Shown piece by piece: positions 38,528-64,000 of a DNA stretch of 64,000 nucleotides. How positions within the stretch are numbered: position 1 is the stretch's first letter; every line of letters begins with the position of its first letter. This DNA is from Bugula neritina (taxonomy: Eukaryota > Animalia > Bryozoa): positions 10,662,818-10,726,817 of the forward strand of contig OZ037772.1 of the NCBI GenBank assembly GCA_964035545.1, in the 5' to 3' direction. The position numbers were made by a program, and so were the translations under genes. Below the pieces are notes generated by a model. That model ran no database searches, was not told the DNA's origin, and saw only the letters and a list, made by a program, of their open reading frames with translations.

Positions 38528-40231
38528 GCAGCCAATAATGCAGGACTTCCTGTTTAAACAGCCGCTTTTTAGTATATATTGTTTTCTGTTGTCAATGTAG
38601 AAGCGTGTTTGCTTGGAGCAATTTAAATGTAGTTTGCAATATAAAAGTATTGTAGTGTAGGTATAGTCTGCAGTGTAAATGTGTATTACAGTGTAAACTT
38701 AGTTCAGTGTACGTGGAGTACAATGTAAGTGTATAGTGCAGTGTAAGTGTAGTATAGTATAAGTTTATTATATTTTAATAAACTGTCGTAGTATTTTAGG
38801 AAAAGTAGCTCCATATTTCTAAGTAGCATCTTGATTGATGACTAAATTGATACACTTTGCTGTACCATTTGGCAGATCTTTTTGATTTAATTACTATTTT
38901 ATATGTCACAGCTTTTCACAATAAAGTATATAAACACTCATCTTGTTTGGTTATTAGCTTTATAATAGAAATGTTCTGTTGGCTTATAGTTGTTAGTTGT
39001 TAGTAAGCAACTCCTAGTACAAACTGAAGCCCACTACTGGGCCACGTATCGTATCGTTATAGCCCATATAATATAATTGTTGATATGTGGGTTGAAAATG
39101 GCTAATCAGTATAAATTTATAATAATCAGGTAAAACTGCAATTAATCTATCTTGCAATTTGTTATTATACTTAAATGTTGATTTAATTCTAAAAAATAAC
39201 TTTTATATATTGCCTGGAAGCAAGCATTGAACAAGAACTCTGGCTCTTCTAATAAAACATATTGAAGGAAAACTTTGCATGGGAAGATAATTCCGTGTCC
39301 AACTTTATAAATGGTATTCAGCAATAGTGAAGAGGTATTTATCATATGTAGGCAATGCGATGCCCTGATCTATATTAGATCAAGCACACAAAATTATTAA
39401 TAATTATCCCATATAAGTTTCACATTGACACTAGGAGTTGTCTTCGCAATTAGGGGTAATATAATAACATGTTTGAACCACAGATTCCTGCTTACATTTG
39501 CTTTGACAAATTCCCCCCTCCCCAGAATTTAGAGTTACTAGCTGACTATTTTATTGCTAAGATGTCATAATAACTTCTTTAGTGCTTCTTATTGTAAAGA
39601 GTCAAAACAAAAGCTCCGCTATGTATATGATCTTCCATTTAATAGAAGAACTGATCAACTTAACAACAGGTTTACTGCTTACCAATTAATATATGACTTT
39701 AGCTGGTACTCAAAGCTCAACAGTATATTGTGTAGGAAAGTAGGGTGGTGGCAGAATTTCGAACAAATAATATTTATTGTTATTAGCAATCATGAATACA
39801 AATAAAGAAATTAATTATCTTGAACTTTGAAAAAGTGAAAATCTCAGATACTTTTAAGATCAGCATGGTAAACTTTTAGGCAGTGCAACTTCAACTCAGC
39901 ACACAGCAATATGAGCATTGAGTTTGATCTCAAATACATTTACAGTAAATAATCCTATACTTGTATGGAATGAGGCTTAGAAATTCAATAAGTCTTAGCA
40001 GGTCAATTGCCCATCTCGGCAATGCATAATTTATAAGCCTCTAGCCTTTTGCAAATAAAGTAAGTTGTAGCTAAACAGTGAGCTGAAGTAGAAGCTATAC
40101 AAACTATATGGAAATATGCTGAACATAATTGTTATGATTTAGTTTTAAGTAGACATTATCGAGAGTACGTAGCTTTCATAATGTTCATTTCTTATAATTC
40201 ATCTATAGTCTATGAAACTGGGTTTTAGGGA

Positions 40232-53687
<13,456 letters not shown>

Positions 53688-54544
53688 ATTGGTAACTAAT
53701 CAGAGTTTAGAATAAACTATTTTGAAAGTCTCACAATGTGTTTTCTTAACTTTGAATGTTTCTTTTATTTTAAATTTTTTGTACTGTTGAATAAAAATAA
53801 ATAATTTTATTTGTTACAGAAAGTAATAATATTTTTAAAGTCTTATGTAATATTTATCATATAATAAAAAACCTGCTGATTATAAATAAAATAAAACTTT
53901 ACAGTCAAACATAATTATAGTTACCCAAAACACACATTTACACACACACACACACACATCATGCTCAATTTTTATGTTTTTCTACAATCATTATTTTTAG
54001 TCTTTTGTTATGAAAAAGCAAGTAAAAGGGCTATTCTTCATTCATTGAGCAACATGCAGCATAACCCTTGTATGTTTACAGAGCTTTATAAACAATCTAC
54101 ACATATCAACACTTGAACAAAAGTTAAAAACAGATGTTCTTCCAATGTCGTAGATTGGCATTTATTCCACATTGCTGAGTAGGGTGGGAGAATGCAAACC
54201 TACTATAATATACACCCTATTTCCTCAAATGAAAATTAGGTGGAGGCATTAAACCAATAAGCTACAATTGCTGCTATATAATAGTTTTGTATGACAAATC
54301 AAAGATATTACAATAATATATATTACAGCCCATTCTATAATGCTGAATAAATACTCGAATTTCCTGATATTACTGCGTAGGTTAGGAAAAGCTATGAGTA
54401 ATATGTTTAACGTAAAGTACCTACATATATCATCTTCTTACCTCATTTCTACATTACGCAGGTAGAATAATGCTGGTACCTGCACTGCTTAGGTAATGTA
54501 GCAGTGTTTAGTTTCACCTTTCATTCGTGTTGTCGTAGTCAAGT

Positions 54545-57500
54545 ATGGAAGGCGTGAATAAATACACAGTGATGATGAATGAGAGTGGTGAGTATTTAAC
54601 CTTTATATATCTCTAGCTTTATTGGATACTTATGAGCATTATTTTAGTTTTTTTATACATGATTGTGATTGTCTATCTTACATATTGCACTAATAAAATC
54701 ATTATGAAAAGTAATAAGATTTATGATTTAAATTTGACTACACCATTAAGGAATTTTTGTTAGCTAACCTTTGAACTTACAACTCATAAAATATTAGTTT
54801 CAAGAAAGTACTAGATAATTTAAGAATTCAAAATTGCATATAACATGCAGTTACATATTTTAGTTGCTTTACTATAGCATCTCCAGACATAGCTAGTATA
54901 AAAACTAAAATTTCTACTTTAAAGTCACCTTTTGTGTCAAAGTCCATTTTTTGTTGTGGCAGTACATGCAACTGCTATAAAATAACTTATTGTGTGAGAT
55001 GATAAGAAACTTATTTATATGACGTAAGTTATACCTGGTGAAATAAATTTATTAAGTAATGTAATATCATGGTATATTATGCAGTTTGGTATTAGTTATA
55101 ATAGGTGTTTTCATGTGTATAGACCTATAATACTATAATAAGCTATTGGCGTAAATTTCTACTGTCACAAGTAGTTTAAAATCATGTTTCTAAGTTTTTG
55201 ACATGTTTCTAGCGGTTTCATCCCATTTAAACGCTTCCCAGTTAGACTCTATTTTTTGTTTTGGTACCATAATAATGTTATATATAGCTGTTGTATTGAT
55301 TGCTCAATAGCTAATATATGCTAATAGCGATAATAGCTAATATAGAGTATCTGGAATAATAGCCCACTTTTTACGGATTTGTGTGGGGCTAAAAACAGTA
55401 ATACAGTAATAATAGACATTATTTTTAGTGAATACTTATTAACAGAATGTTTTTTTTAAACAACAAAAAGTATAGAATGTGCAAAATTAATAATTGAATG
55501 CAGATCTAAGGAATTTCTTTATGGGCTAAATAGCAAACAATTGATGCAAGTTTATTTATATGTACATAGTATATTTCAATGCTATTCAAATAAATTGCAT
55601 ATTAAATATATATTGTACCAAAATAAATAAATAGCGTCCAACTGGGAAACATTTAAGTCAGAAACTTAGCCTATAGTTTCTAACTGGGAAGCGCCTATCT
55701 GGGATGACACTGTTTTTAGCTCTTGCCTATATGTTGCTCATAACTTTGTTTCATTAGTTATGAAATAGTTTATATTTTCTATTCTTTGTATTGATGCAAT
55801 GATCATGATGGCAATATATAATTTTAACAAATATGTCTGGCTCAAATAAAATGAAATACATATTTTATTAATGTTTTGAATTTGTAGCCAGCACTCCTGA
55901 TCCCACCAATGAGGAGACAGATGCTGTAATATATAAAGTGCAGTTCTGGGTTCACGGAGTGTTTGTCTTGACAGTGTGTCTAGTGGGTAAGTGACTTTCC
56001 TTCAATATGTCGTAATATAATTATTATTCTATCACATGCATGCTTTACTTTGTTGTATTATTTTGTCATATGATTTGTGTACCATGTTGAATCATAAGTT
56101 ATATTATTTGATCATATATTATAAGCTGTTATATTACAACATATAACGATGTTACCCCATAGCAATTTATCCATTTTTGTAGCATATGATGTACAATTTA
56201 CATTATATTGCATTATCCTATTGTATATTGAAGTCTATTTTAATATTATTCAGACTATGAGTTATAATTATAATTATAATTACATACATAGTGTTCTCAT
56301 ATTGTATTATGATATATTATAGTATAGATTCTTATGCTATAATTTACTTTATCATGACATACGATATACTGCACTACACATATTTTCTTATTTAATGTGC
56401 ATGTCTACTATATTATATTTTACAAAGACATTCGCTATATTTCATGTTAGTTTTTATTATACAGTATGCTTTGTCATGTTATACATTATTATCTACATGT
56501 TATGATAAAAAATATTTTATCATAATATTATTAATCATAATAAATTCATATTTTACAATACATACTGTAGAATCTATAGTTATATAATTTCAAGTAACCC
56601 ATGTGTGGTCAACATTTACATAGTTTTTATAAAGATCAGGTTTAACATATTCATAACGATTGATTTATTTTTGTTTTAGGTGTGTTTGCTAACATTTTGA
56701 ATATCATAATACTTTCCAAGTCTATTAGTGTTACGACTCATAAAATCTTCCTAGGAATGGCCTGCGCAGATTTAATGGTAAGAGCTTACGGTACAATTTA
56801 TAATGACTAATTAGCTGAAATCTATACCTGCAGTACAAGCATGTGATAAGCTGTATACTAATTAGCTTTACATTATGTACTTAAGTATATAATGTAAAGC
56901 TTTAACTTAAAGATATAGCTTTGATTTGCACCCATAGCAGGGAACAACTGTGGGACTTAATATATAGGAACAATTGGCGATGTTAGGAAGAGTATTGGGG
57001 CACAATTGTTACCTTGAGAGCTATCTCAAACTATGTTTTTAACAATACTTAGCCTACTTATAGCTACCCTTGAAATCAGGGGCTCTCACTGTAATGAAGG
57101 CTATAAACTCATGTGAGGTTTTTATTAAAAATTGTAACACCATAATAATAAAATACTGTAAAAATGCACAGACATGAACCAGTGGATTGAAATGTCTATA
57201 AAATTGACTAAAACTATTTATGCTAATATAATAGGACTAGAAATTGTGCATTCCATGAATTTAAAATCATTCCCTGCGCAATAATGTATTTACAATACAA
57301 TATTACATTATAATTTGTATTAGGTGAACGCTATATTTATATCTCAGTCTTCAGTCTTCATGCTCAGAACACCACCTCTTCATGATATAGAAGCCCCTCC
57401 TGATTTGATGGAAGGAATTACCTACTCGCTGTATTATTGGTATGAGCTATGGTATCGGGCAGCAAACATATTCATGTGTGTGAGTATTCTGTGCTTTGTT

Positions 57501-60500
57501 AAATAAAACTAATTGACATTGTGTTATTCAGTTTACTATTTACAAAAAACAACCCGCGCAAGTTTATATAGTACCCATCCCGGTGAGAAAACTCCTGATG
57601 GAAGGGGCTTTTGTTAACTCCAACTAATTAAATTTATTCAGATGAGGTGCAGGAGTAATTATAACTGGATGCTCTTCCTAACATCACCAATGGCTTTTGA
57701 CCAAGCTTGAAAGCATTACTCCCTGCTAACATAGGTAAACGATCTAACCCCTAGACCGCAGCTGCTCCCTAATACTATATATACATGTAGTTGTAAGTTT
57801 TTTTTTAAGAATTGCCAAGCCTGTGTTATAAATAAATTGTCAAACATACTATCTATAATTTCATAATATATATCTGTCTAGACTCATCTTACAAACTGAT
57901 AGAGAATATATTATATATCAATAACAAGAATTATGCTTTGCCCACACTAAACAGTTGATAATTAGGTTAAAAGAGCGTTTAAAAGTGACAGGTAATAAAC
58001 TCAAAGTTGATAAAAATTCATTTTAATTTCTCAACTAATTATTTCAATTACCTATAGTTAATATAAAGGATAAACCGTTTGAACATCAAACAATAATTAA
58101 AACAGTTTAATTGTTGGTTTTATAACGCAATTTTATACTGAATGAAACATTCTATTGGCCAATTGCTGAGTAAAGATATTATAGCTGTTAGTTCTTATTT
58201 TGAATAGCTCATATGACTGTCAAGGGGTACTATAATTTGTTTTTCAATCTGATTGCGGGAAAGATGTGTTCATACAATTCTGTTGCAGATATCCAACTGG
58301 TGTGCCGTATTACTGGTGGCTGTGAGATTGTTAGTGGTCACATTTCCTTTGAAAGAGCCAACTTACATAAGTAACACTAAAATCAATCTCGCCATATGCC
58401 TGGTCTATGTCTTTGGCTTTGTGCTACAGATTCCCGACTGGATTGGCATTTAGTAAGTAAATTAAATATTAAAAGTTGTGTATAAGAAGTTCATTAAGAT
58501 AATTTCTGCTCTAGTAAATGCTGTTTTTCATGTTAACATGGTGCTTATTTTCATTTCAATGAGTGATTGCTGTTTTTTCACTTATTATCAGTGGCAGATA
58601 TTTAGTCTTGGATGATTTTTGTATTTATTCCACTTTCAGAGCAAGCTTTTGTATCAAATGTGCAAATGTGATGTGTTTTGTAAAGATCACTCTTGCTCTT
58701 TGTATATTATTTATATATATTTGTTACCTTTTATAATGCCTTACAATGCTATACAATCTTGCATCACTTGTTATATCTACAGTCTTATAATTTCTAGATG
58801 GACACAAACCTATAATCAATATTGTGCTTTCTCTTTTTATTATTTTAAAATAATCTTAACTAATTTTTTGACTAAAAGTTAGAAAACTGATGTATAGCTT
58901 TTTTCGCTGATTCATCGCTTTTTGGAGATATTCAGTTGGTATTTTTAGTGTCAATAAGAACAAAGCTATCGCTACTTACTCTCACCTCATCAAGTATAAG
59001 GACATAAGTGCAGTGGGAAGTGCGTTAGTACCAATGTGCTTATGTGCCATTTTCACTACTTTACTGATTGTCCAGCTAAAGAGAAGTAGCAATGATATAA
59101 AAGGCACACTTGGAAAGTAAGTAACATTATATTGTACGGTTGCGTTCACCAAATGGTCCCTGTGGTGTAATGGTTAGCATACCTGCTTGAAAGCCTGAGG
59201 TCCTGGGTTTAAATCCCAGTAGGAACAAGCATTTAGCATAAACTGTGTTTTCAACGCTTTGCAATAGACAAATGAAAATACTATTTCGTGTTTGGGAACA
59301 GTGTTGAATGAAACCACAATCATAATCCAATGCATTTAAAAAACTCACTAAGTTTATAGTCGCTATAATTTCTGTGAGGAACCCCTGATGGAAAGAGTTT
59401 TTGTTAAAGTGGGCTAAGCACTGATTTAAATGAGTCACAGTAGCAATTATGACTGGATGCTCTTCCTAACATCACCAGTGACCTTTGTCCTAGTTTGAAC
59501 CCATGACCTTGTGCTGATTAGGCAAAAGATCTAACCCTTCGACCACGACTGCTTCCACAACCATAAATCCATCTTATTCTAATTTTCAAATTACTTTTGC
59601 TACAATATTAAACAAGTTGGTTGTTATATTAATTATAGGTTGCTAAGTACACATGTTCTGGTTATAATAAACATGATAAATAAATAGTAGCTGTGCATTA
59701 TATTTTATAACTATTTTACTATTCTATAAATTAAATTTGGTTCACAGGGTAGTTTACAAGTTTTCCCTATACCAAGGAAAGATAACTCACGTTGATTGTT
59801 TTGCAGTGTGCAACTGGCTACCAGGTTGAAAGATGAAAGACACTTGACAGTCACTTTGATATCAGTTGTCATATTTTTTGTGGTTACCAGCTCACCCACA
59901 GTAAGTTGTTAACAATATAATAATATACATCCTGTATATACCATCTATAAAAAATACAGGCAAGTTTAAAGTCACCATTCCTGTGAGAAACCCCTGATGA
60001 AAAAAGTTTTTGTTAAAGCAGGCTAAGGACAATTATTTAAATGAGGCACATGAGTAATTATGACTGGATGCTCTTCCTAACATCACCAATAGCCTTTGTC
60101 CGTGTTCGAATGCTCTAACCCCTACACCATGGCTGCTCCCTGTGTATATACCATCTAAAGCACATATCTTTTATATTCTCACACTTGCTAAAGACTGTAA
60201 AAAATTTTTTTTAATTTTTATAAAATATAAAAACTTATAAACCATCAATTGGCAGTAATGAACTAACAACAAGCAAAATCTAACGGCCAAAATGCATATA
60301 TTTGTGAATATTATGTTATGTATGATGCTATATATATAAAATGCTACTTTTATAGTCCACTTTGATATTTTAGATGATTTTATGTTTCAGGTTATATATT
60401 GGCTATTGGCAAGAGATGATTATTTCAAAAGAAGCCAAATCACAGAATACTATCAAAACATCATTTACTCGGTCACATTTGCGTTAGTTGCTGTGAATTA

Positions 60501-60600
60501 CACTGGCAACTTCTTTATCTACATATTTGTACACAAGGCATTCAGAAAGAGCTTTGTTAAACTATTTTCAAAGATTAGTGCTACAGTCAGTTTTACGTGA
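54545..60600 (+). CDS. Class A GPCR, FMRFamide-receptor-like / srw-like
   Basis: Predicted exons 54545-54587, 55888-55986, 56680-56777, 57324-57479, 58289-58452, 58949-59116, 59807-59900 and 60391-60600 (TGA). Seven hydrophobic helices: GVFANILN (TM1), MACADLM (TM2), ISNWCAVLLVAVRLLVVTFPLK (TM3), LQIP (TM4), LVPMCL (TM5), ERHLTVTLISVVIFFVVTSSP (TM6), VNYTGNFFIY...KAFR (TM7/H8). Confidence 0.88.
55213..55712. mobile_element. MITE-like element E (~500 bp)
   Basis: cggtttcatccca...cgcttcccagttaga and tctaactgggaagcg...tgggatgacactg are inverted repeats. Confidence 0.62.
56890..57112 (+). mobile_element. Degenerate SINE copy
   Basis: attggcgatgttaggaagag...tcaggggctctcac...ctataaact; the 5' boundary is approximate. 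Confidence 0.6.
57560..57769 (-). mobile_element. tRNA-derived SINE copy
   Basis: ctggatgctcttcctaacatcaccaatggc...taacccctagaccgcagctgctccc. Confidence 0.85.
59156..59227 (+). pseudogene. Degenerate tRNA / tRNA-derived element in a GPCR intron
   Basis: Acceptor stem GTCCCTG/TAGGAAC (one mismatch), A-box TGGTGTAATGG, perfect T-stem CTGGG-TTTAAAT-CCCAG. The anticodon arm does not pair properly (CCTGC TTGAAA GCCTG) and the B-box C is replaced by T. Confidence 0.6.
59350..59556 (-). mobile_element. tRNA-derived SINE copy
   Basis: Same core and head on the minus strand. Confidence 0.85.
59963..60140 (-). mobile_element. tRNA-derived SINE copy, short deletion in head
   Basis: Same core; ends ccatggctgctccc. 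Confidence 0.85.
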
Positions 60601-61534
60601 GTCTAATTATTTTATTTTTGACAACTAAAATCTATTGCTTTGCTTGCAAACTAAAACATAACATATTTTCTGTTTTTGATTGATGAAAACAAAAACTAAG
60701 GTGTTATTGGTGGTCTTCAGATTGATTGAAAATATGCCATGAATTTGCAAAAACAAAAATTTAATTATATATTAAAAATCTATAATTATTTTGTTGAAAT
60801 ATTTTTGAAGACTTTCAGCAACTTTGCAGTATCAGCAAAAAGAAATTATTATAAAACGCATTATTATGTCATTAGCAATGTGTATATTCAATATTGCAAA
60901 CATGAAATTAATTTTTTTTGTACTATTTATAGATACCATGATTAATTTTGCATCTCGTCATTTCGTTGTGACTATTTCTACAAAAGAGAACTTAAAGCCA
61001 AATTCCTGAAACTTATGGAGTTGTCTGTCCAATGAACATACTGTTGGGAATAAAAATTCCTTATTTTATATACACCTAATTTGTGCTGTGTTGGTTTTAG
61101 TTAAAAAAAATTTTATTATTACTAATTGGACAGTTGAAATTCAAATTTGCAATCACAGTAGAGCATTACCTAATTTATATTATTTTATTTAGTATTATTT
61201 TAATTATTATATGAAACAATTATAATGCAACTGCGCATCATATTATAGGATCAGTTGAGATTTTATATAAAATCATTTGGTGCATGCACCAAAATTCAAT
61301 ATGATATTGATATTGATAATATTGAGCACAAAATACTAATATTTAGTATATATATCTTTACTTTTCTTGCAAGTTATAAAATTATCTGTTTGTCTTTACT
61401 CTAATAAATGTTACATAATAGAAATGAAAAAAGTTTGTTGTTATTTCTTATCCAATACACATTTGCAAAGTCCCCTGGTCCAATAAGCTGGGTTCTTGAT
61501 AAATTGTCTATTATATAAAATAGGTTATAACATG

Positions 61535-61537
<3 letters not shown>

Positions 61538-61616
<79 letters not shown>

Positions 61617-61712
61617 AGTGTGTGTGTGTGAGTGTGTGCGAGTGTGTGCGTGTGTGAGAGTGTGTGAGAGTGTGTGAGAGTGTGTGTGTGTGTTTGGTGT
61701 GTTCGGTGTGTG
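61538..61712. repeat. (GT)n microsatellite
   Basis: Direct inspection. Confidence 0.95.
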
Positions 61713-62366
61713 CAGTTTATGCGTGTAATTTATGTTAATTTATTAAAATGGTTCTTTAATTGTTATATTACATTTGAGAGCATAATATAAATGATCCAAA
61801 CACTGAATATAGACCAATTCGAACTAGCATGCATGATATTGTACATGGATCATGAGTGATCACTACTTTAGAGTTAGATTTCCTGTAACATGTAAACATT
61901 TGTTATTTAGTTTTAATTGCTATTACATAATGAAAAACACATTTCCTATATTATGCAAAAACTAATATAAAATGAACATTTTGTATGCATTTTTAATGAA
62001 GCATATATTTCTTAAAAACCTAACAAGATGCATATGCTATTAGAAGGCATGGCGGCACATTAAATTCGAATTATTTGTTGGTCTACATAAAGTGAAAAAA
62101 GCAAAAATTAGTAACTATATTATAGTTTTAGAAACACACTGCAGGTGTTTAATCAGCTTTCTTCCATACCACAGCCAATTGTAGCATTCATTCCAGCTAA
62201 TATAGCCAAAACATCATACAAACTGCCAATAGAGAACATTTAGAGTATTAATTCTGTAAAAAGATTTTCTTGATATTATAGTAAACTTCATATATAATTT
62301 ATTTAAAATGTTGTTCACAATAATTTAATTGTTTCTCAACATTATCTAAACTCTAGATTATCCAAC

Positions 62367-63598
62367 ATGTCTGTGTTTCCACAACGTAAGTATGCAACAT
62401 TATGTAAAACTTGCAAACCATGTGGTAATATTTGAAACAGGCAGTTTAAAACATGTAGAGGCAACTTCTTAGAAATTTGGTTCAAGTATAAAGTGCATGG
62501 TAATAAGTTTCTTAAATATACTATTTTGAAGTAATTGACCATATATTTGAAATAGACAGTGTAAAACATGTAGAGGCAACTTCTTATAATGATTTCATTC
62601 ACATATAGATAGTCAATCTTTCTTAATATCTTTTTTCAGTTGTTGACCAACAAAAGATTCTTCAAACATCTAATCACTACCAACAGGAAACATCTAATCA
62701 CTATGCTGACTGGGAGACTTTTTATGATAGTTTAGACTCTACAGAACAGTATAAACATCCAGTAAACTCAGACACTTCTACTTCTACTCTCACTGCAAAC
62801 ACTCAACCTTTTCTTAAGATGCCACCTGCTGTATCTGACACTTACCTACCAAATGGTACCAAGAGGAAACTTTCGGATTGCTGGGAGAACACGATTCCAA
62901 ATCAAAATTATTCTCCTGTAAACTCAGTCACTCCGTTCAAAAAATTTTATTCAATTTATCAAAGTGCTGATGACACAAAAGCTGCAGCTCACGACAAATA
63001 TCTACCAGAAAATCACACTAGAAAGAACCAGTGCGAGAGTACCAACACATTTGGGGACATATTTGATCAGAAACAAGATGTAGTGAGTCCAGCAAAAACA
63101 AGCTGCAAGAAGAAAAAATCTGTTAACAAAACTTCTGAGGATGGATCTACAAAACAGGTTAGACTTACTAAACATGGAAAGTGGCAGACGAAGATGAAAG
63201 ATTTTCAATGTCTTCTTTGTAGTTACAAATCGGAAGATAAAAGTAGTCTAACCAGGCATATGAGAGTACACACAAAAGAGAAGCCATTTGTCTGCCAAGT
63301 CTGTGGTAAAGCTTTTGCTCATCGAAGCAATCTCACAGTGCACATGCGAAGACATACTGGAGAAAAACCTTTTCAGTGTGATCAATGTGACTATAAGGCT
63401 GTACATCAAGGTAATCTCAAAGCACACATGAGAATACACACTGGAGAGAAACCTTTCCAGTGTAAACTATGTGACTATAAGGCTGTTCAGAAAACACATC
63501 TTGTTCATCATATGAAAAAACACAAAAATGAAACTTGGTTTGCCGGTGAAGTTAAAAAATGTGTATTTACAAAGACAAGTTATACAGTGAATTTCTAA
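62367..63598 (+). CDS. C2H2 zinc-finger protein with four tandem fingers
   Basis: Short ATG exon 62367-62385 (GTAAGT donor) splices in phase to 62640-63598, which is open upstream of the ORF-track ATG at 62819. Four CX2CX12HX3H fingers with TKEKP/TGEKP linkers. Confidence 0.9.
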
Positions 63599-63642
63599 TT
63601 CCAAACATCAGGAGAACCTCTATGCTGCTATCTCTAAGTTAG

Positions 63643-63735
63643 ACGCATCACATTTGAGACTCGCATCACATTTGAGACTCGCATTACATTTGAGACTCGC
63701 ATCACATTTGAGACTCGCATCACATTTGAGACTCG
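63643..63735. repeat. 18-bp cgcatcacatttgagact repeat, 5 copies, in the zinc-finger 3' region
   Basis: Direct inspection. Confidence 0.92.
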
Positions 63736-64000
63736 ACAAGAAACAGCATCTGTCTGCAGATGCTTTGTGGAACTGCATTAGAACATACAGCTTAAACATA
63801 TTATTTGTAAAACTGTTAAATAGATCATAAAATTATGAGAATCAGATAATTGGCCTAAATGCAGTTATAGACACAATATAATCATCTATGTATAATATTC
63901 AGTTAAACAAGAAATATACTGCTTGTACCCTAACTTATTCATCATCATATCTATATCTTATTGCATGCAACGCCAGGTTTTAACCTTCAACTTTAAAGTC

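Noticed and set aside
58440-58460. Apparent premature TAG in the GPCR (pseudogene or readthrough)
   Set aside because: The TAG straddles the donor (TA|gtaagt); splicing to 58949 restores TAT (Tyr) and the frame.

Overview
AT-rich, intron-rich animal genomic DNA. It is a non-vertebrate metazoan; the gene content and repeat style suggest a lophotrochozoan, which is inference only. I reconstructed seven spliced genes by hand from GT-AG exons. (1) The 3' part of a WSC-like + CHST/GlcNAc6ST-type carbohydrate sulfotransferase (+, 455-5849). (2) An NR5A/FTZ-F1 nuclear receptor with a conserved DBD and a divergent LBD (-, 7024-18631). (3) Mitochondrial leucyl-tRNA synthetase LARS2, head-to-head with NR5A (+, 21557-32462). 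(4) An N-acetylneuraminate lyase-like class I aldolase with altered active-site motifs (+, 33729-38527). (5) A complete paralogue of gene 1, a type II membrane protein with a stalk, WSC-like repeats and a sulfotransferase domain (+, 40232-53687). (6) An FMRFamide-receptor-like/srw-like class A GPCR (+, 54545-60600). (7) A four-finger C2H2 protein (+, 62367-63598). Non-coding DNA holds about 15 copies of one ~200 bp tRNA-headed SINE, at least five MITE-like inverted-repeat families, one degenerate tRNA, and many intron-specific mini- and microsatellites. I found no prokaryote-type system such as CRISPR or an operon. The best leads are the sulfotransferase pair lacking the 3'-PB serine, the re-tooled aldolase, a duplicated-acceptor candidate mutually exclusive exon in LARS2, and the divergent NR5A with an NR5A site upstream of its own 5' end. 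Exon boundaries are manual predictions and are not transcript-validated.
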